From: Patescibacteria group bacterium
Lineage (GTDB): Bacteria; Patescibacteriota; Microgenomatia; UBA1400; MFAQ01
Direction: 5' to 3'
Assembly: GCA_943355005.1 (NCBI GenBank)
Contig: CALRDV010000006.1
Location: 1-62,455, forward strand
DNA: 62,455 nt
Positions 1 through 9,152 of this stretch are shown in pieces. The position numbers were made by a program, and so were the translations under genes. Under the pieces are notes generated by a model. It did not search any database, had not been told where the DNA came from, and worked only from the letters and a program-made list of their open reading frames with translations. Within the stretch, counting starts at the first letter, position 1, and each line of letters starts with the position of its first letter.

Positions 1-16
1 GACCTGATCGGGAATC
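1..16 (+). repeat. 3' part of a GTCATTCC-type hairpin repeat (truncated by window edge)
   Basis: Positions 1-25 are identical to 47712-47736 (gacctgatcgggaatctataaaaat). Confidence 0.8.
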
Positions 17-23
17 TATAAAA

Positions 24-1085
24 ATGAATTCCAATAAAAAATCACCATTTGTCTCCATAATCATCGTCGATTACAAAAAGAATAATCCCTATCTGGTGGA
101 ATGTCTGGATGCCATCCAAAAACAAACATACAAAAATTTTGAAACAATCTTAGTTTGCGATTATCCAGTCACTTTGTCATCCTCGAGAATGCGGGGATCC
201 ATCCCCTTAATTCGTCAAAAATCCTTTGGTTACTACGTCGGGCCTGCCGAAAAAAGAGACAATGGTGCCAAAATGGCGAAAGGGGAGATCTTAGCTTTTA
301 TCGATGACGACGCATTCCCATCAACTGACTGGCTCAAAAATATAATTCCACACTTCAAAGATCCAATGATTGCAGGTGTCGGAGGACCGGGAGTTACTCC
401 TCCAGATATATCCTGGCAGGAACAGGCTTCCGGCTGGGCTTCTGCTTCTCCTGTTGGTGCCGGCAACTATACTTATCGCTTCCTTCCCGGCAAAAGACGC
501 TTTGTTGATGATTATCCTTCCATGAATCTTGCAGTCCGTAAATCTGATTTTGAAAAAGTAGGAGGCTACGATTCAAATTTTTGGCCGGGAGAAGACACAA
601 AGCTGTGTATGGACTTAACGCATAAATTAGGAAAAAAAATAGTCTACGAACCAAAAGCCATTGTCTACCATCACCGTCGACCCATTTGGCTAGGCCATTT
701 AAAGCAGAATGGTAGTTTTGGACTTCACCGAGGTTTTTTTGCCAAGATACTTCCCAAGACTTCTTTCAAACCCATCTACTTTGCCCCCTCACTTTTGGTC
801 TTAGGGCTTTTTTACCTTCTATTTTTGGCCCGCCTAAATCAGCCACCACTAAATTATTTTCATACTTACGGTTGGCTGGCCCTAAAAATCTATTTCATAC
901 TTCTATTCCTCAATTCCCTCTGGGTCTATTCCGTCATTGCGAGGAGTGAAACGACGTGGCAATCCAGGCTATCAAAAGGCCTTCTCCAATCCCTCCTCTC
1001 CATCCCGGTCATCTTCACCACTCATCTTTGGTATGGCATCTGTTTCATCCAAGGATTCCTATTTACTGATAAACTAGTACGTTAA
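24..1085 (+). CDS. GT2-family glycosyltransferase with C-terminal membrane segment
   Basis: GT-A N-terminus FVSIIIVDYKKNN..LDAIQKQTY, DxD-like FIDDDAFP, WPGEDTKL; hydrophobic C-terminal third; in-frame GTCATTGCGAG repeat copy at 933-968. Confidence 0.8.
   Translation: MNSNKKSPFVSIIIVDYKKNNPYLVECLDAIQKQTYKNFETILVCDYPVTLSSSRMRGSIPLIRQKSFGYYVGPAEKRDNGAKMAKGEILAFIDDDAFPSTDWLKNIIPHFKDPMIAGVGGPGVTPPDISWQEQASGWASASPVGAGNYTYRFLPGKRRFVDDYPSMNLAVRKSDFEKVGGYDSNFWPGEDTKLCMDLTHKLGKKIVYEPKAIVYHHRRPIWLGHLKQNGSFGLHRGFFAKILPKTSFKPIYFAPSLLVLGLFYLLFLARLNQPPLNYFHTYGWLALKIYFILLFLNSLWVYSVIARSETTWQSRLSKGLLQSLLSIPVIFTTHLWYGICFIQGFLFTDKLVR
933..968 (+). repeat. GTCATTGCGAG..TGGCAATCCAGG hairpin repeat, inside a CDS
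   Basis: gtcattgcgaggagtgaaacgacgtggcaatccagg; same head and tail as the copies at 1354 and 59380. Confidence 0.8.
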
Positions 1086-1351
1086 TGACTAAAGTAACCA
1101 CCACAGATAGTACTAGTGAAGCTACTCGCAGCGATGGCTTCAAAATTACAGTTGACCTAGACCAGTGCATCTCCGCCGGTCCTTGCTCAATCGCCGCGCC
1201 TCTTACATTTATGCTTCGTGATTCAGACGGTAAAGCCATTATTTCGGATCCGGACGGTGACGACATAGAAAAAGTGATGGAAGCTGCGCGCTGCTGCCCC
1301 GTTCTTGCTATCATGATAAAAGACCAAAACGGAAAGAAACTCTTTCCCTAA
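1085..1351 (+). CDS. Small single-cluster ferredoxin (3Fe-4S/4Fe-4S type)
   Basis: 88 aa; DQCISAGPCSIAAPLTF matches the CxxxGxCxxxAPxxF pattern of small actinobacterial-type ferredoxins, plus distal CCPVLAI (CP..AI); ATGA-type overlap with upstream stop. Confidence 0.65.
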   Translation: MTKVTTTDSTSEATRSDGFKITVDLDQCISAGPCSIAAPLTFMLRDSDGKAIISDPDGDDIEKVMEAARCCPVLAIMIKDQNGKKLFP

Positions 1352-1353
1352 TT

Positions 1354-1392
1354 GTCATTGCGAATCTCGTACTCGAGCTGTGGCAATCCAGG
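1354..1392 (+). repeat. GTCATTGCGA..TGGCAATCCAGG hairpin repeat
   Basis: gtcattgcgaatctcgtactcgagctgtggcaatccagg, 2 nt after the stop of the ferredoxin gene; first 27 nt identical to 34969-34995. Confidence 0.85.
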
Positions 1393-1410
1393 AATAATTA
1401 AAATACATAA

Positions 1411-2985
1411 ATGCCCAAAAAACTCAAATCCAAAATATCTCCCTTACGTCTAGTAGTCGGCTACCCCCCCATGCCTTCGGATCTAGGTGTAATGCTTCTC
1501 TCTCAAAACCGCCAATTCCAGTACTTCAACGCCAAGACCTACATCTATCCAATGGTCCCGGCTTATGCAGCCAGTAATGCCAAAGATAAAGGCTATTCGG
1601 TCAAATGGATGGATGGTATCGCAGAAGAACAAACATTTGAAGATTGGCTTAGCGAGCTGAAGAAATTCAAACCTGATGTCTTGATGGTGGAAACGAAATC
1701 CCCAATTGTTAAGAAGCACTGGGCTCTCACAAAAATTCTTAAAAAAGAATTACCAAATTTACTTTTAGTCTGGGTAGGGGATCATGTTACTTTTATTCCA
1801 GAAGAAATGATGGACAATAGTAAAGTTGACTATTTAATTACTGGTGGTGACTACGATTTTGGTATCGTAAATCTCCTTGATCATTTATCTAAAGGAACAG
1901 AGCTCGAAGGTGGTATTTGGTGGAGAGAAGGAGACAAAAGAATCAAGCAAAAACCCGCAGAAACATTTAAGCGCAAAGGAAAAGTTGCTTTCGCCAATTC
2001 CGGCAAACCCAGTATTGCCCACGATTTAAACGAACTTCCATTTGTAGATCGAGAACTTACTAGATGGGAGCTCTACTCTGTTTATAACGGCAACTACAAA
2101 TACACCCCTGCTACCTATATGTACTCTGGTAGAGACTGTTGGTGGAATCGCTGCACCTTCTGTGTCTGGGACCACACAATCAACCCTATTGGCTCGTACA
2201 GAAGATTTACGGCTCAGCGTCTATTCGACGAAGTTAAACATGTCGTAGACAATTACCACGTCAAAGAAATTTTTGATGACGCTGGTACTTTTATGATTGG
2301 CAAACCTCTCGTCGATTTTTGTAATCTGATGATAAATTCCGGATACAACAAAAAAGTTGTCTTTGGCTGCAATATGCGTCTAAATGCCCTTAAGCAAGAG
2401 CATTATGATCTCATGGGTAAGGCCAACTTCCGTTTCATTCTTTACGGTATGGAATCGGCCAATCAATACACTCTCGATCATCTGGATAAAGGTCTAAAAG
2501 TAGAACAAATCGAAGAAGGAGTCCGAATGGCCAAAAAGGGTGGACTGGATCCTCACCTTACCATCATGATGGGCTACCCTTGGGAAACTTACGAAGATGC
2601 GAGAAATACTGTGGAGCTAGCCAAGAAATGTTTTGACAAAGGTTATGTCGACACACTCCAAGCTACTGTCGTCATCCCTTACCCGGGTACACCTCTCTGG
2701 AAAGAATGCAAAAAAGAAGGCTGGCTATTATCGGAAGATTATGACGACTACGACATGAGAAAACCGGTGATGAAATCCACTCTTTCCGAGAAACAAGTTC
2801 TGGAACTAACACAAGATCTCTACAAGGCTTTCTTAAGTCCCAAGTTCATGCTGAGAAAGGTTAGAGAAATCAGGAGTCTTGACGATATTAAATTCCTTTT
2901 TATGGCCGGCTGGCGCTTCCTTGGCCACATGATGGACTTCTCTCCCAAACAACTAGGCCAACACGGCGATGTTCAGAGCAGTTAA
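1411..2985 (+). CDS. B12-binding-domain radical SAM enzyme (class B rSAM)
   Basis: N-terminal Rossmann-like B12-binding region (PDVLMVETKSP..LLLVWVGDHVTF..DYLITGGDYD), Cys cluster DCWWNRCTFC (Cys243/248/251), FILYGMESAN and MMGYPWET TIM-barrel-like segments. Confidence 0.8.
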   Translation: MPKKLKSKISPLRLVVGYPPMPSDLGVMLLSQNRQFQYFNAKTYIYPMVPAYAASNAKDKGYSVKWMDGIAEEQTFEDWLSELKKFKPDVLMVETKSPIVKKHWALTKILKKELPNLLLVWVGDHVTFIPEEMMDNSKVDYLITGGDYDFGIVNLLDHLSKGTELEGGIWWREGDKRIKQKPAETFKRKGKVAFANSGKPSIAHDLNELPFVDRELTRWELYSVYNGNYKYTPATYMYSGRDCWWNRCTFCVWDHTINPIGSYRRFTAQRLFDEVKHVVDNYHVKEIFDDAGTFMIGKPLVDFCNLMINSGYNKKVVFGCNMRLNALKQEHYDLMGKANFRFILYGMESANQYTLDHLDKGLKVEQIEEGVRMAKKGGLDPHLTIMMGYPWETYEDARNTVELAKKCFDKGYVDTLQATVVIPYPGTPLWKECKKEGWLLSEDYDDYDMRKPVMKSTLSEKQVLELTQDLYKAFLSPKFMLRKVREIRSLDDIKFLFMAGWRFLGHMMDFSPKQLGQHGDVQSS

Positions 2986-2991
2986 ACGTCT

Positions 2992-3017
2992 GTCATTCCG
3001 GGCTCCGACCCGGAATC
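2992..3017 (+). repeat. GTCATTCCGGG..CCCGGAATC hairpin repeat
   Basis: gtcattccgggctccgacccggaatc; 8-bp perfect stem ATTCCGGG/CCCGGAAT; 6 nt after the rSAM stop. Confidence 0.85.
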
Positions 3018-3025
3018 CAGTTCTC

Positions 3026-3062
3026 GTCATTGCGAGTTTCAGTACTCCGAACCGTGGCAATC
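3026..3062 (+). repeat. GTCATTGCGAG..TGGCAATC hairpin repeat
   Basis: gtcattgcgagtttcagtactccgaaccgtggcaatc, in tandem with the 2992 copy. Confidence 0.85.
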
Positions 3063-3091
3063 TCACTCCATCTACCTGATAAACTATAGAA

Positions 3092-4108
3092 ATGCCGCCG
3101 TCCATATCTGTCGTTATTCCAACTTTGAATTCTGGCTCGGTCTTGGAAAAATGTCTCAAATCTATTTCAATTCAAAAGTATCCCAAATCAAAAGTGGAAA
3201 TTTTGATAGGAGACGGAGGGTCCACGGATGATACTCTTTCGATAGCCAAAAAATACGGTGTCAAGATAATCTCAAACAAACTAAAAACAGGTGAGTCGGG
3301 GAAAGCGGTAGCTGTCAAGGAAGCCAAAGGGGATTTAATTGCCCTTATCGACTCGGATAATATCCTACCAAATAATCATTGGTTTGCGGACATGGTAAAG
3401 CCATTTGAGGATCAAGAAATAATTCTTTCCGAGCCCATCAAATATAGTTATCGAAAATCTGACCCATATCTAACTAGATACTTTTCATTACTTGGTATGA
3501 ACGATCCAATCTGCCTATTCATCGGTAATTACGACCGCCATTCATACATCACCGAGCGCTGGACAGATTTAAAATTTTTGGAAGTGAAAAAAGGTGGTTA
3601 CATAAAAGTTACATTAGACCACAAACCCATTCCTACTATTGGGGCCAACGGTACGATTTTCAGAAAAGATATTCTGCAAAAGGCAGTAAAGAACTCAGAT
3701 TATCTTTTTGATATCGATATTTTACTCAAGATCATCAGGTCAGACAAAAAAGTAAAAATCGCCAAAGTCTATACGGGGATCGTTCACACCTTTGTCGAAA
3801 ATGATGCAAGAAAATTTTTCCGAAAACAACTTAGAAGGATGAACGACATGTCATTTCACAGAGCCAAGAAAAACAGGGAGGTTGATTGGGAAAGTTCATT
3901 CATGCCGGGAATCCTCAAGTTTGTCTTATCCTGTGCACTAATATTGCCAATCTTATTTCAGACTTTAGTAGGATATTTCCGAAAACCGGATTCAGCCTGG
4001 CTCTTCCACCCCATTGCTTGCTACTCGACATTGATAATATACATTTACGGCTGGATAAGAGGTAAAATCTTACCGGCAGAGTCTAATCGGGTTAACTGGA
4101 AGCAATGA
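3092..4108 (+). CDS. GT2-family glycosyltransferase
   Basis: ISVVIPTLNSGSVLEKCLKSISIQKYP..VEILIGDGGSTDDT, LIDSDN DxD motif, C-terminal TM helices. Confidence 0.8.
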   Translation: MPPSISVVIPTLNSGSVLEKCLKSISIQKYPKSKVEILIGDGGSTDDTLSIAKKYGVKIISNKLKTGESGKAVAVKEAKGDLIALIDSDNILPNNHWFADMVKPFEDQEIILSEPIKYSYRKSDPYLTRYFSLLGMNDPICLFIGNYDRHSYITERWTDLKFLEVKKGGYIKVTLDHKPIPTIGANGTIFRKDILQKAVKNSDYLFDIDILLKIIRSDKKVKIAKVYTGIVHTFVENDARKFFRKQLRRMNDMSFHRAKKNREVDWESSFMPGILKFVLSCALILPILFQTLVGYFRKPDSAWLFHPIACYSTLIIYIYGWIRGKILPAESNRVNWKQ

Positions 4109-5034
4109 CAAAAACAAAAAAAGATGGTTATTGGTTAAATAAAAAAGTGGCGGTTACCGGGGCAGGTGGTTTTTTGGGTTCTCATTTTGTAACTGAACTT
4201 GAATCTCTCGGGGCAGAAGTTAGCTCATTTTCTAGAGAGAAAGTGGATCTATTGAGTTCCGAAAAAACGACTATTGCACTAAGTAATATTGATGTAATCG
4301 TCAATTGTGCGGCAATCGATGGAAATGCAGAATTCAAGAAAAATCACGCCGCTGAAATTCTTGATGCTAATATGAGGATTTCTTCCAACGTTTTAAATGC
4401 TGCCAAAAATAATCAAATAAAGGAGGTTGTATTAATCAGCTCTTCTGAAATTTACTCAGGTTTCGCTCCAAATCCAGTTAAAGAGACGGATGATTATCGT
4501 ACATTTGGTGGTCACACAGAAAGTGGGTACATTTTATCCAAAAGATATAGTGAAATATTGGCCACTCTTTATCAAGAGCAGTATGGATTTAATGTTTATC
4601 TGCCTAGACCATCAAATATATTTGGACCCGGAGACCATTTTGGTGAACAGTCAACCAGGGTAATACCCAGTTTTATCAGTAAAATCGTAACAAAGATGCC
4701 AATAGAAATTTGGGGGGATGGTTCGCAGGTTAAACAATTTATTTATGTAAAAAATGTTGTCGATGCAGTTCTGTCTACGGTTGAAAATAAGAATAATGGT
4801 GTCATCAACATATCCACTAACGAATACATATCAATTCTGGAATTAGCTAAAAAAATATCTTCATTATTAGATATTGAAGCAGATATCAGATTAGATAATA
4901 CAAAGTCCATTGGGTCGAAAAGCCGTATTCTGGACACCACAAAAATGTATCAATTGACCCATACAAATCCTATGTCACTGGAAGAAGGTCTTGTTGAGAC
5001 GATAAAATGGTATAAGAATAAATTTTACAAATAA
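4105..5034 (+). CDS. NAD(P)-dependent sugar epimerase/reductase (extended SDR, GDP-fucose-synthase-like layout)
   Basis: VAVTGAGGFLGSH Rossmann motif, YILSK (YxxxK), IWGDGSQVKQFIYV; ATGA overlap with upstream gene. Confidence 0.65.
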   Translation: MTKTKKDGYWLNKKVAVTGAGGFLGSHFVTELESLGAEVSSFSREKVDLLSSEKTTIALSNIDVIVNCAAIDGNAEFKKNHAAEILDANMRISSNVLNAAKNNQIKEVVLISSSEIYSGFAPNPVKETDDYRTFGGHTESGYILSKRYSEILATLYQEQYGFNVYLPRPSNIFGPGDHFGEQSTRVIPSFISKIVTKMPIEIWGDGSQVKQFIYVKNVVDAVLSTVENKNNGVINISTNEYISILELAKKISSLLDIEADIRLDNTKSIGSKSRILDTTKMYQLTHTNPMSLEEGLVETIKWYKNKFYK

Positions 5035-7206
5035 ATGGACTTAAATCTAAAACTGATTCGGTTGATGCTTTATCCGTTTTTGATTTTCTCGCTTGCAATT
5101 TATGTATGTTTATATCTCTTGACACCGCTGAAGTTCGCCTATCAGGCATCAATAGTCTCAGGCTTTATTTGTACATTAATCGTATACATTCTTGAAAAGC
5201 CTAATTGGGCAAACATTTTTGGTAAATTTTTTAGTTGGAAAACCGTTCTTCTATGCATCCCAATTGTCTTTTTAATTCTAGTGTATGGTTTTGTGCTCTC
5301 TCCGTTAGTCAAAATTAGAATTTCGGATGGTCATGAGTTTCTGGGCTTAACGGCTCTTGGTGACTATTACAAACATCTATATATCCTTTCGGCAGTAAAA
5401 ACTGAAGGACTCCCGCCTCATCATCCATTTTTCCCGGCTGCCAATCTCTCGTACTATTATGGCTATTATTTAATTCCAAGTGCAGTTTCTTCGGTTTTTA
5501 ATCTAGATCTATCCCGCGTCTTTCTCATTTATCTGTTATTTACGACGTTCATCATTTTGTTTGTTGTCGTTCAGGTCTCAGTCTCTCTGTTTAAGACTTG
5601 GTATCAAAGATTACTAACCCTTTTCCTTTTTATCCTGGGGACAGGTCTTGATATTGTCCCCACCTTAATTCAAGCAAAGAAAGGTATTCTTACAGCCAAC
5701 CATATTGAATTTTGGTCACAGGTACTAAGTCTTAATAACTATATTGTTAACAATCTTTATACCGTACTGTTTTGGGTCCCGCAGCACAGCTTCACTAGTC
5801 TATTTGTTTTGGTTACAGGGATGATGTTAATAAAGGATAAAAAAATACCCATACTATGGCTGGTGCTTACAGTCTGGTTCTGTATCATTTCCAGTACATT
5901 TGTTTCTGTGGCTCTTTTAATCTGGCTGATTTTAGCCATCTTGTTTTTGCCTCATTTCAGGTTAGGTTTGTTTGTTTCTGGTGTGCTATCAATATTATTA
6001 CTTCTTCCGTACATAATAGAGCTCGGCAGTAGAGGTTCAATACTTTCTTTTGGGTTCTACATGACACCTTTTGTGTATCTATCTTTTTTACCCAAATGGA
6101 TTAATTATTTTTTAACTTTCTTTACTGAATACGGTATTATTCTTGTCTCTATACCAATATTCTTTATTATTCAAAGCAAAATTAATAAAAAAATTGCATG
6201 GCTTGTTACGCTCGGAGTTTTATTGCCTATTATTCTTGGCTTATTTGTAAAATCTTCCGGGTTTAATGATTATTCTATGAGGTCTGTATTGCCTTCTCAA
6301 ATGGCTTTGCCATTTGTAACAGCATATATTATTGGGAGCGTGGAATCGGGGTGGTGGAAAAAAACTCTTTTTGTTCTATTAGTTTTAAATTTAATTCCTG
6401 CCATGATTGGGCTTTTTTACGAAATCCATTTCAGATTGATAGATAAGGGGGAAATAGATTCACAAACCTCTGAGCTTTTAGTTGCACTTCGTAAAAATCC
6501 AGTACAAAATCTGGCTGTATTATCAAATGAGGACTGGGTGTTTCTGATACCCTCTTATGGCTATCAATCAGTTACTTCTCCGCGCTTGTTTGATTCGGAA
6601 AGCTATCTATCGAATTCAGAAATTAAATATCAGAAAGAATACGCCGACTTAGTAAATAATATTTTTATTAATGAAGATCTTGGTGGTAATTTCATAGATG
6701 TATTGAACGGTAGGGAGCAAAGACTGCAAAAAATGGGCTTGTTCTTTAATTCCAATAGAGCCTTCAACTTTGTTGTTTCCAGGTTTAGAGGCGTAAAAAC
6801 CGACATTAATCCCCTTGAGAGAATGTTGAACTACTCGGGGGCCGGTGTAAGCAGTCTTACAGACACCTATCTTTTGTACTCAGGGTCTTCCCTTGATGAT
6901 GCCTTTAGGCATCTAAAAATTGAATTGAGGCCAGAATTACTAAAGAAAGAATTTATTGATTCAAACAATAAAATATATTTACAGAGCGGTTTTCAGTTCG
7001 TTATTGGCTGTTCTAAAGATAAAGCTTCGAATTTAATTCTCGAACTAAATGATTCTGTCTCACTCTTTAATAAAAAACTTGAGTCAGGCAAGCATCTCTG
7101 TGCAGGAGCAATTTATTATCAGCCCAAAGATGGAAAGGTATATGTTTCCCAAAAAAGCGAAGTAGGGGAAATCTATGTAGCTCCGATAATTTTGCGTAAG
7201 ATTTAG
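5035..7206 (+). CDS. Large polytopic membrane protein with C-terminal soluble domain (function unknown; candidate glycan polymerase/GT-C-like)
   Basis: 723 aa; at least 12 hydrophobic segments over about 480 aa, then a ~240-aa hydrophilic tail; starts immediately after the upstream stop. Confidence 0.55.
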   Translation: MDLNLKLIRLMLYPFLIFSLAIYVCLYLLTPLKFAYQASIVSGFICTLIVYILEKPNWANIFGKFFSWKTVLLCIPIVFLILVYGFVLSPLVKIRISDGHEFLGLTALGDYYKHLYILSAVKTEGLPPHHPFFPAANLSYYYGYYLIPSAVSSVFNLDLSRVFLIYLLFTTFIILFVVVQVSVSLFKTWYQRLLTLFLFILGTGLDIVPTLIQAKKGILTANHIEFWSQVLSLNNYIVNNLYTVLFWVPQHSFTSLFVLVTGMMLIKDKKIPILWLVLTVWFCIISSTFVSVALLIWLILAILFLPHFRLGLFVSGVLSILLLLPYIIELGSRGSILSFGFYMTPFVYLSFLPKWINYFLTFFTEYGIILVSIPIFFIIQSKINKKIAWLVTLGVLLPIILGLFVKSSGFNDYSMRSVLPSQMALPFVTAYIIGSVESGWWKKTLFVLLVLNLIPAMIGLFYEIHFRLIDKGEIDSQTSELLVALRKNPVQNLAVLSNEDWVFLIPSYGYQSVTSPRLFDSESYLSNSEIKYQKEYADLVNNIFINEDLGGNFIDVLNGREQRLQKMGLFFNSNRAFNFVVSRFRGVKTDINPLERMLNYSGAGVSSLTDTYLLYSGSSLDDAFRHLKIELRPELLKKEFIDSNNKIYLQSGFQFVIGCSKDKASNLILELNDSVSLFNKKLESGKHLCAGAIYYQPKDGKVYVSQKSEVGEIYVAPIILRKI

Positions 7207-7215
7207 TCAAAATTC

Positions 7216-7938
7216 TCACTTTGAGCACACAAAGACGTTAAATGCGGTAAATAAGTTGATTACCGGAATTTTATTTAATACCGCATTAATTTTCAAAAAC
7301 AAGGGGGAATAGTTTGTAAATGATGTGGGAAGCCAGCTCCAGCGTACATGTTGATCAGCTTTGAAACCATTCTTATCGAATATATATTTTAGGGAAAACT
7401 CGTTACTTCTAAGATACTGAAATGTTAGGTGACTTTTTATTTGACCATTCATCGTTAAGAATGGTATAAAAAGCAAATTTAAGGGATTCATCTCAAAAAC
7501 AATTAATTTCCCATTTTTTTTGAGAGACAATCTTATGTGCTCTAGAATTGCATCCAGGTCATCAGTGTGGTGAATTAAGTTAACTGCTAATACTACATCA
7601 AAACAATTTGTATAACCTTGATTTTTGAAATCACCAACTATTCCCTCAAAATTATTAAGCTTGTAGTATTTTGCCGTCTTATTTGCTATTCCAATTGAAT
7701 TCTTAGAGATATCGATTCCTGTAACCTTATTTGCATATTTGGCTAGTTTTAATCCCAATTTCCCGGTACCACAGCCCAAATCTAATACAGTTTTACCTTT
7801 GAGGGGTCCAATAATATTTTTAAAAAAACTTAGTTCGTTAATTTCAGCGACAGGAACATTTTCAAGGTCAAGTCTATTTATTCCCTTAGTATAACTATCC
7901 CAATATTTTGCCTGTTTTTTAGAAAATTTAGTCTTCAC
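7216..7938 (-). CDS. Class I SAM-dependent methyltransferase
   Basis: Motif I VLDLGCGTGKLGLKLA, motif II FDVVLAVNLIHH, post-II KKNGKLIVFE. Confidence 0.8.
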   Translation of the reverse strand: MKTKFSKKQAKYWDSYTKGINRLDLENVPVAEINELSFFKNIIGPLKGKTVLDLGCGTGKLGLKLAKYANKVTGIDISKNSIGIANKTAKYYKLNNFEGIVGDFKNQGYTNCFDVVLAVNLIHHTDDLDAILEHIRLSLKKNGKLIVFEMNPLNLLFIPFLTMNGQIKSHLTFQYLRSNEFSLKYIFDKNGFKADQHVRWSWLPTSFTNYSPLFLKINAVLNKIPVINLFTAFNVFVCSK

Positions 7939-9094
7939 CCGCTAATAATAACATTTTTAATCTCTCGTTTACTTGTTTATCGATATCAAATTGTTTAGCA
8001 ATATTCAGACAAGTTCTACTTTGGCTTGCTAAATTATCCTCTGACAAGAAAAGTCTTAAACTGTCAAAATCAGTAAGATTATTTTTGGGTGCTAATCTGT
8101 ATACAACTCCACTATTCAGTATAGGTTTTGACAGAGAAGGTTCTTTTGAAACAATAAATGGTAGACCACACAATAGAAAGTCCCAAATTTTCATGGGTTC
8201 GATAAATTCGGTAGAGCCGAATTTCTCATCATACAGGGCAATTCCTACATCACATTTTGCGGCGACTTTCTGAAATTCCAGCCTTCCATTCAATCTAAGT
8301 ATGTCCGTATTCCTAAGCATATATTTTTTTGAATATAATTCAAATTTTTCGTGATCTTTGGTAGGGACAATTACGTATTTGATATCTTTTCTGATCTCTT
8401 TTTGTATGGTCGAAAGAAATCCGAATAAAATATCAAATTGTCTGTCTGTCAATAAGCTCCCGGTCCATATCATTTTGTCGCCCTTGCGCTCTCGGTGACC
8501 AGAGCTGTAAATAGTTGGATTAAAAACCACTGAATTGGGTACATAAAATGATTCAATTCCATAAGTTTTTCTTTTGTAATCTCGCAAAGCTTCGCATATG
8601 ACCCACGTCTGATCGCTATATTTAGACGACCATTTATCTGCAGTTTCGTAGAGGAGCTGCAAATATTTGTTTTCAAACCTATTCTTGTTGAAATCTACAC
8701 AATGAAAAACTAATGTGTATCCCAATAAGGGTCTAAAAAGTAATAGTGGTAGACAGGAGAGTGGGTCGACTCCAATTACTAGTTTTTTCTTATGTTTGTT
8801 TTTTAGCGACCATTGAAGAATAAATTGTGTCGTGATAAGGATATCTATAACAAACTTTACGGGCAATGAATTGCCCAAAAAAGAAGGTAGAGTTTTTTTT
8901 TGTGGTTTCTTCCATTTGCCATAAATTATTTCGTTCTTATAGCCCTCTAGCGGTAGTCCTAATATATCTACATTTTTTATGTTCTTAATTAGTGCTGAAG
9001 ACAAAGAGCTATAAGGTCCCTCTATTGGTGCAAGAGGTTCTGTTTTGCGATAAGCAATATGGGATACAACAAGTACATTTTCAAATTTTTTCAT
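7928..9094 (-). CDS. GT-B fold glycosyltransferase (GT1/GT4-like)
   Basis: C-terminal FGSTEFIEPMKIWDFLLCGLPFIVS resembles the GT-B E-x7-E/donor-binding region. Start moved to the internal ATG at 9094 (MKKFENVLVV) because the longer ORF overlaps the divergent gene. Confidence 0.5.
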   Translation of the reverse strand: MKKFENVLVVSHIAYRKTEPLAPIEGPYSSLSSALIKNIKNVDILGLPLEGYKNEIIYGKWKKPQKKTLPSFLGNSLPVKFVIDILITTQFILQWSLKNKHKKKLVIGVDPLSCLPLLLFRPLLGYTLVFHCVDFNKNRFENKYLQLLYETADKWSSKYSDQTWVICEALRDYKRKTYGIESFYVPNSVVFNPTIYSSGHRERKGDKMIWTGSLLTDRQFDILFGFLSTIQKEIRKDIKYVIVPTKDHEKFELYSKKYMLRNTDILRLNGRLEFQKVAAKCDVGIALYDEKFGSTEFIEPMKIWDFLLCGLPFIVSKEPSLSKPILNSGVVYRLAPKNNLTDFDSLRLFLSEDNLASQSRTCLNIAKQFDIDKQVNERLKMLLLAGED

Positions 9095-9152
9095 AATCTC
9101 ATCTATTCTACCCCGAATCGTGGTATATTCTGATAATAACTTGCTTGCGCTT

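Noticed and set aside
2953-3159. 68-aa minus-strand ORF, and similarly 24690-24890(-) and 48471-48710(-)
   Set aside because: These ORFs are made largely of the GTCATT hairpin repeats and intergenic sequence. Their peptides (..RNDRRLT.., ..PGMTTMG.., ..HAGPDPASR..) are typical repeat translations, not genes.
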